A stretch of DNA of 64,000 nt. It comes from Chiloscyllium plagiosum. Lineage: Eukaryota. The translations under genes were made by a program, and so were the position numbers. A model generated the notes under the pieces. That model was not told the DNA's origin and did no database searches. It was given only the letters and a program-made list of their open reading frames with translations. The stretch's first letter is position 1. Each line of letters starts with the position of its first letter. This document shows positions 63,921 to 64,000 of the stretch, piece by piece. The stretch spans positions 19,214,684-19,278,683 of the forward strand of contig NC_057719.1 of assembly GCF_004010195.1 (NCBI RefSeq), read 5' to 3'.

Positions 63921-64000
63921 AGCAGGATGGGGGGAGGGGGTGCATGGACAGGTGGGGTGTGGGGTTGTGGGGGCGGGAATGTCTGTGGGGTGGGTGGGGA

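Overview
Eukaryotic, AT-rich, CpG-depleted vertebrate DNA. The repeat content (HE1/V-SINE-like tRNA SINEs, CR1 LINEs, Penelope-like elements) points to a cartilaginous fish, probably a shark; this is an inference. The one host gene is VRK1 (vaccinia-related kinase 1, CK1 group) on the minus strand. I reconstructed 10 consecutive coding exons by hand (48873 down to 11456). All have AG/GT boundaries and compatible phases, and together give 1068 nt / 356 aa with a complete kinase domain ([32 protein letters not shown]). There is a candidate next exon at 11125-11161; the non-coding first exon and the terminal exon were not located. Most of the rest is intron or flank filled with nested, decayed transposable elements: CR1 LINEs, SINEs, Penelope-like elements, a Tc1/mariner-type insert with TA target duplication, and a Ty3/gypsy remnant with the integrase-before-RT (Gmr1-like) order. 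The most interesting signals are: palindromic Penelope-derived mini-elements carrying minimal hammerhead-ribozyme cores (one is a 98-bp near-perfect stem with a 13-bp TSD); a partial copy of a VRK1 exon that has lost exactly its splice donor; a 94-bp duplication with a templated insertion copied from beside that hairpin; a 53-bp CR1 tail flanked by 55-bp direct repeats; and a CpG-retaining SINE-like head with a CTCF-like motif upstream of VRK1. I see no evidence for a wholly new protein-coding system. The non-VRK1 ORFs I could interpret are TE fragments or their antisense frames, and the rest look like chance frames.
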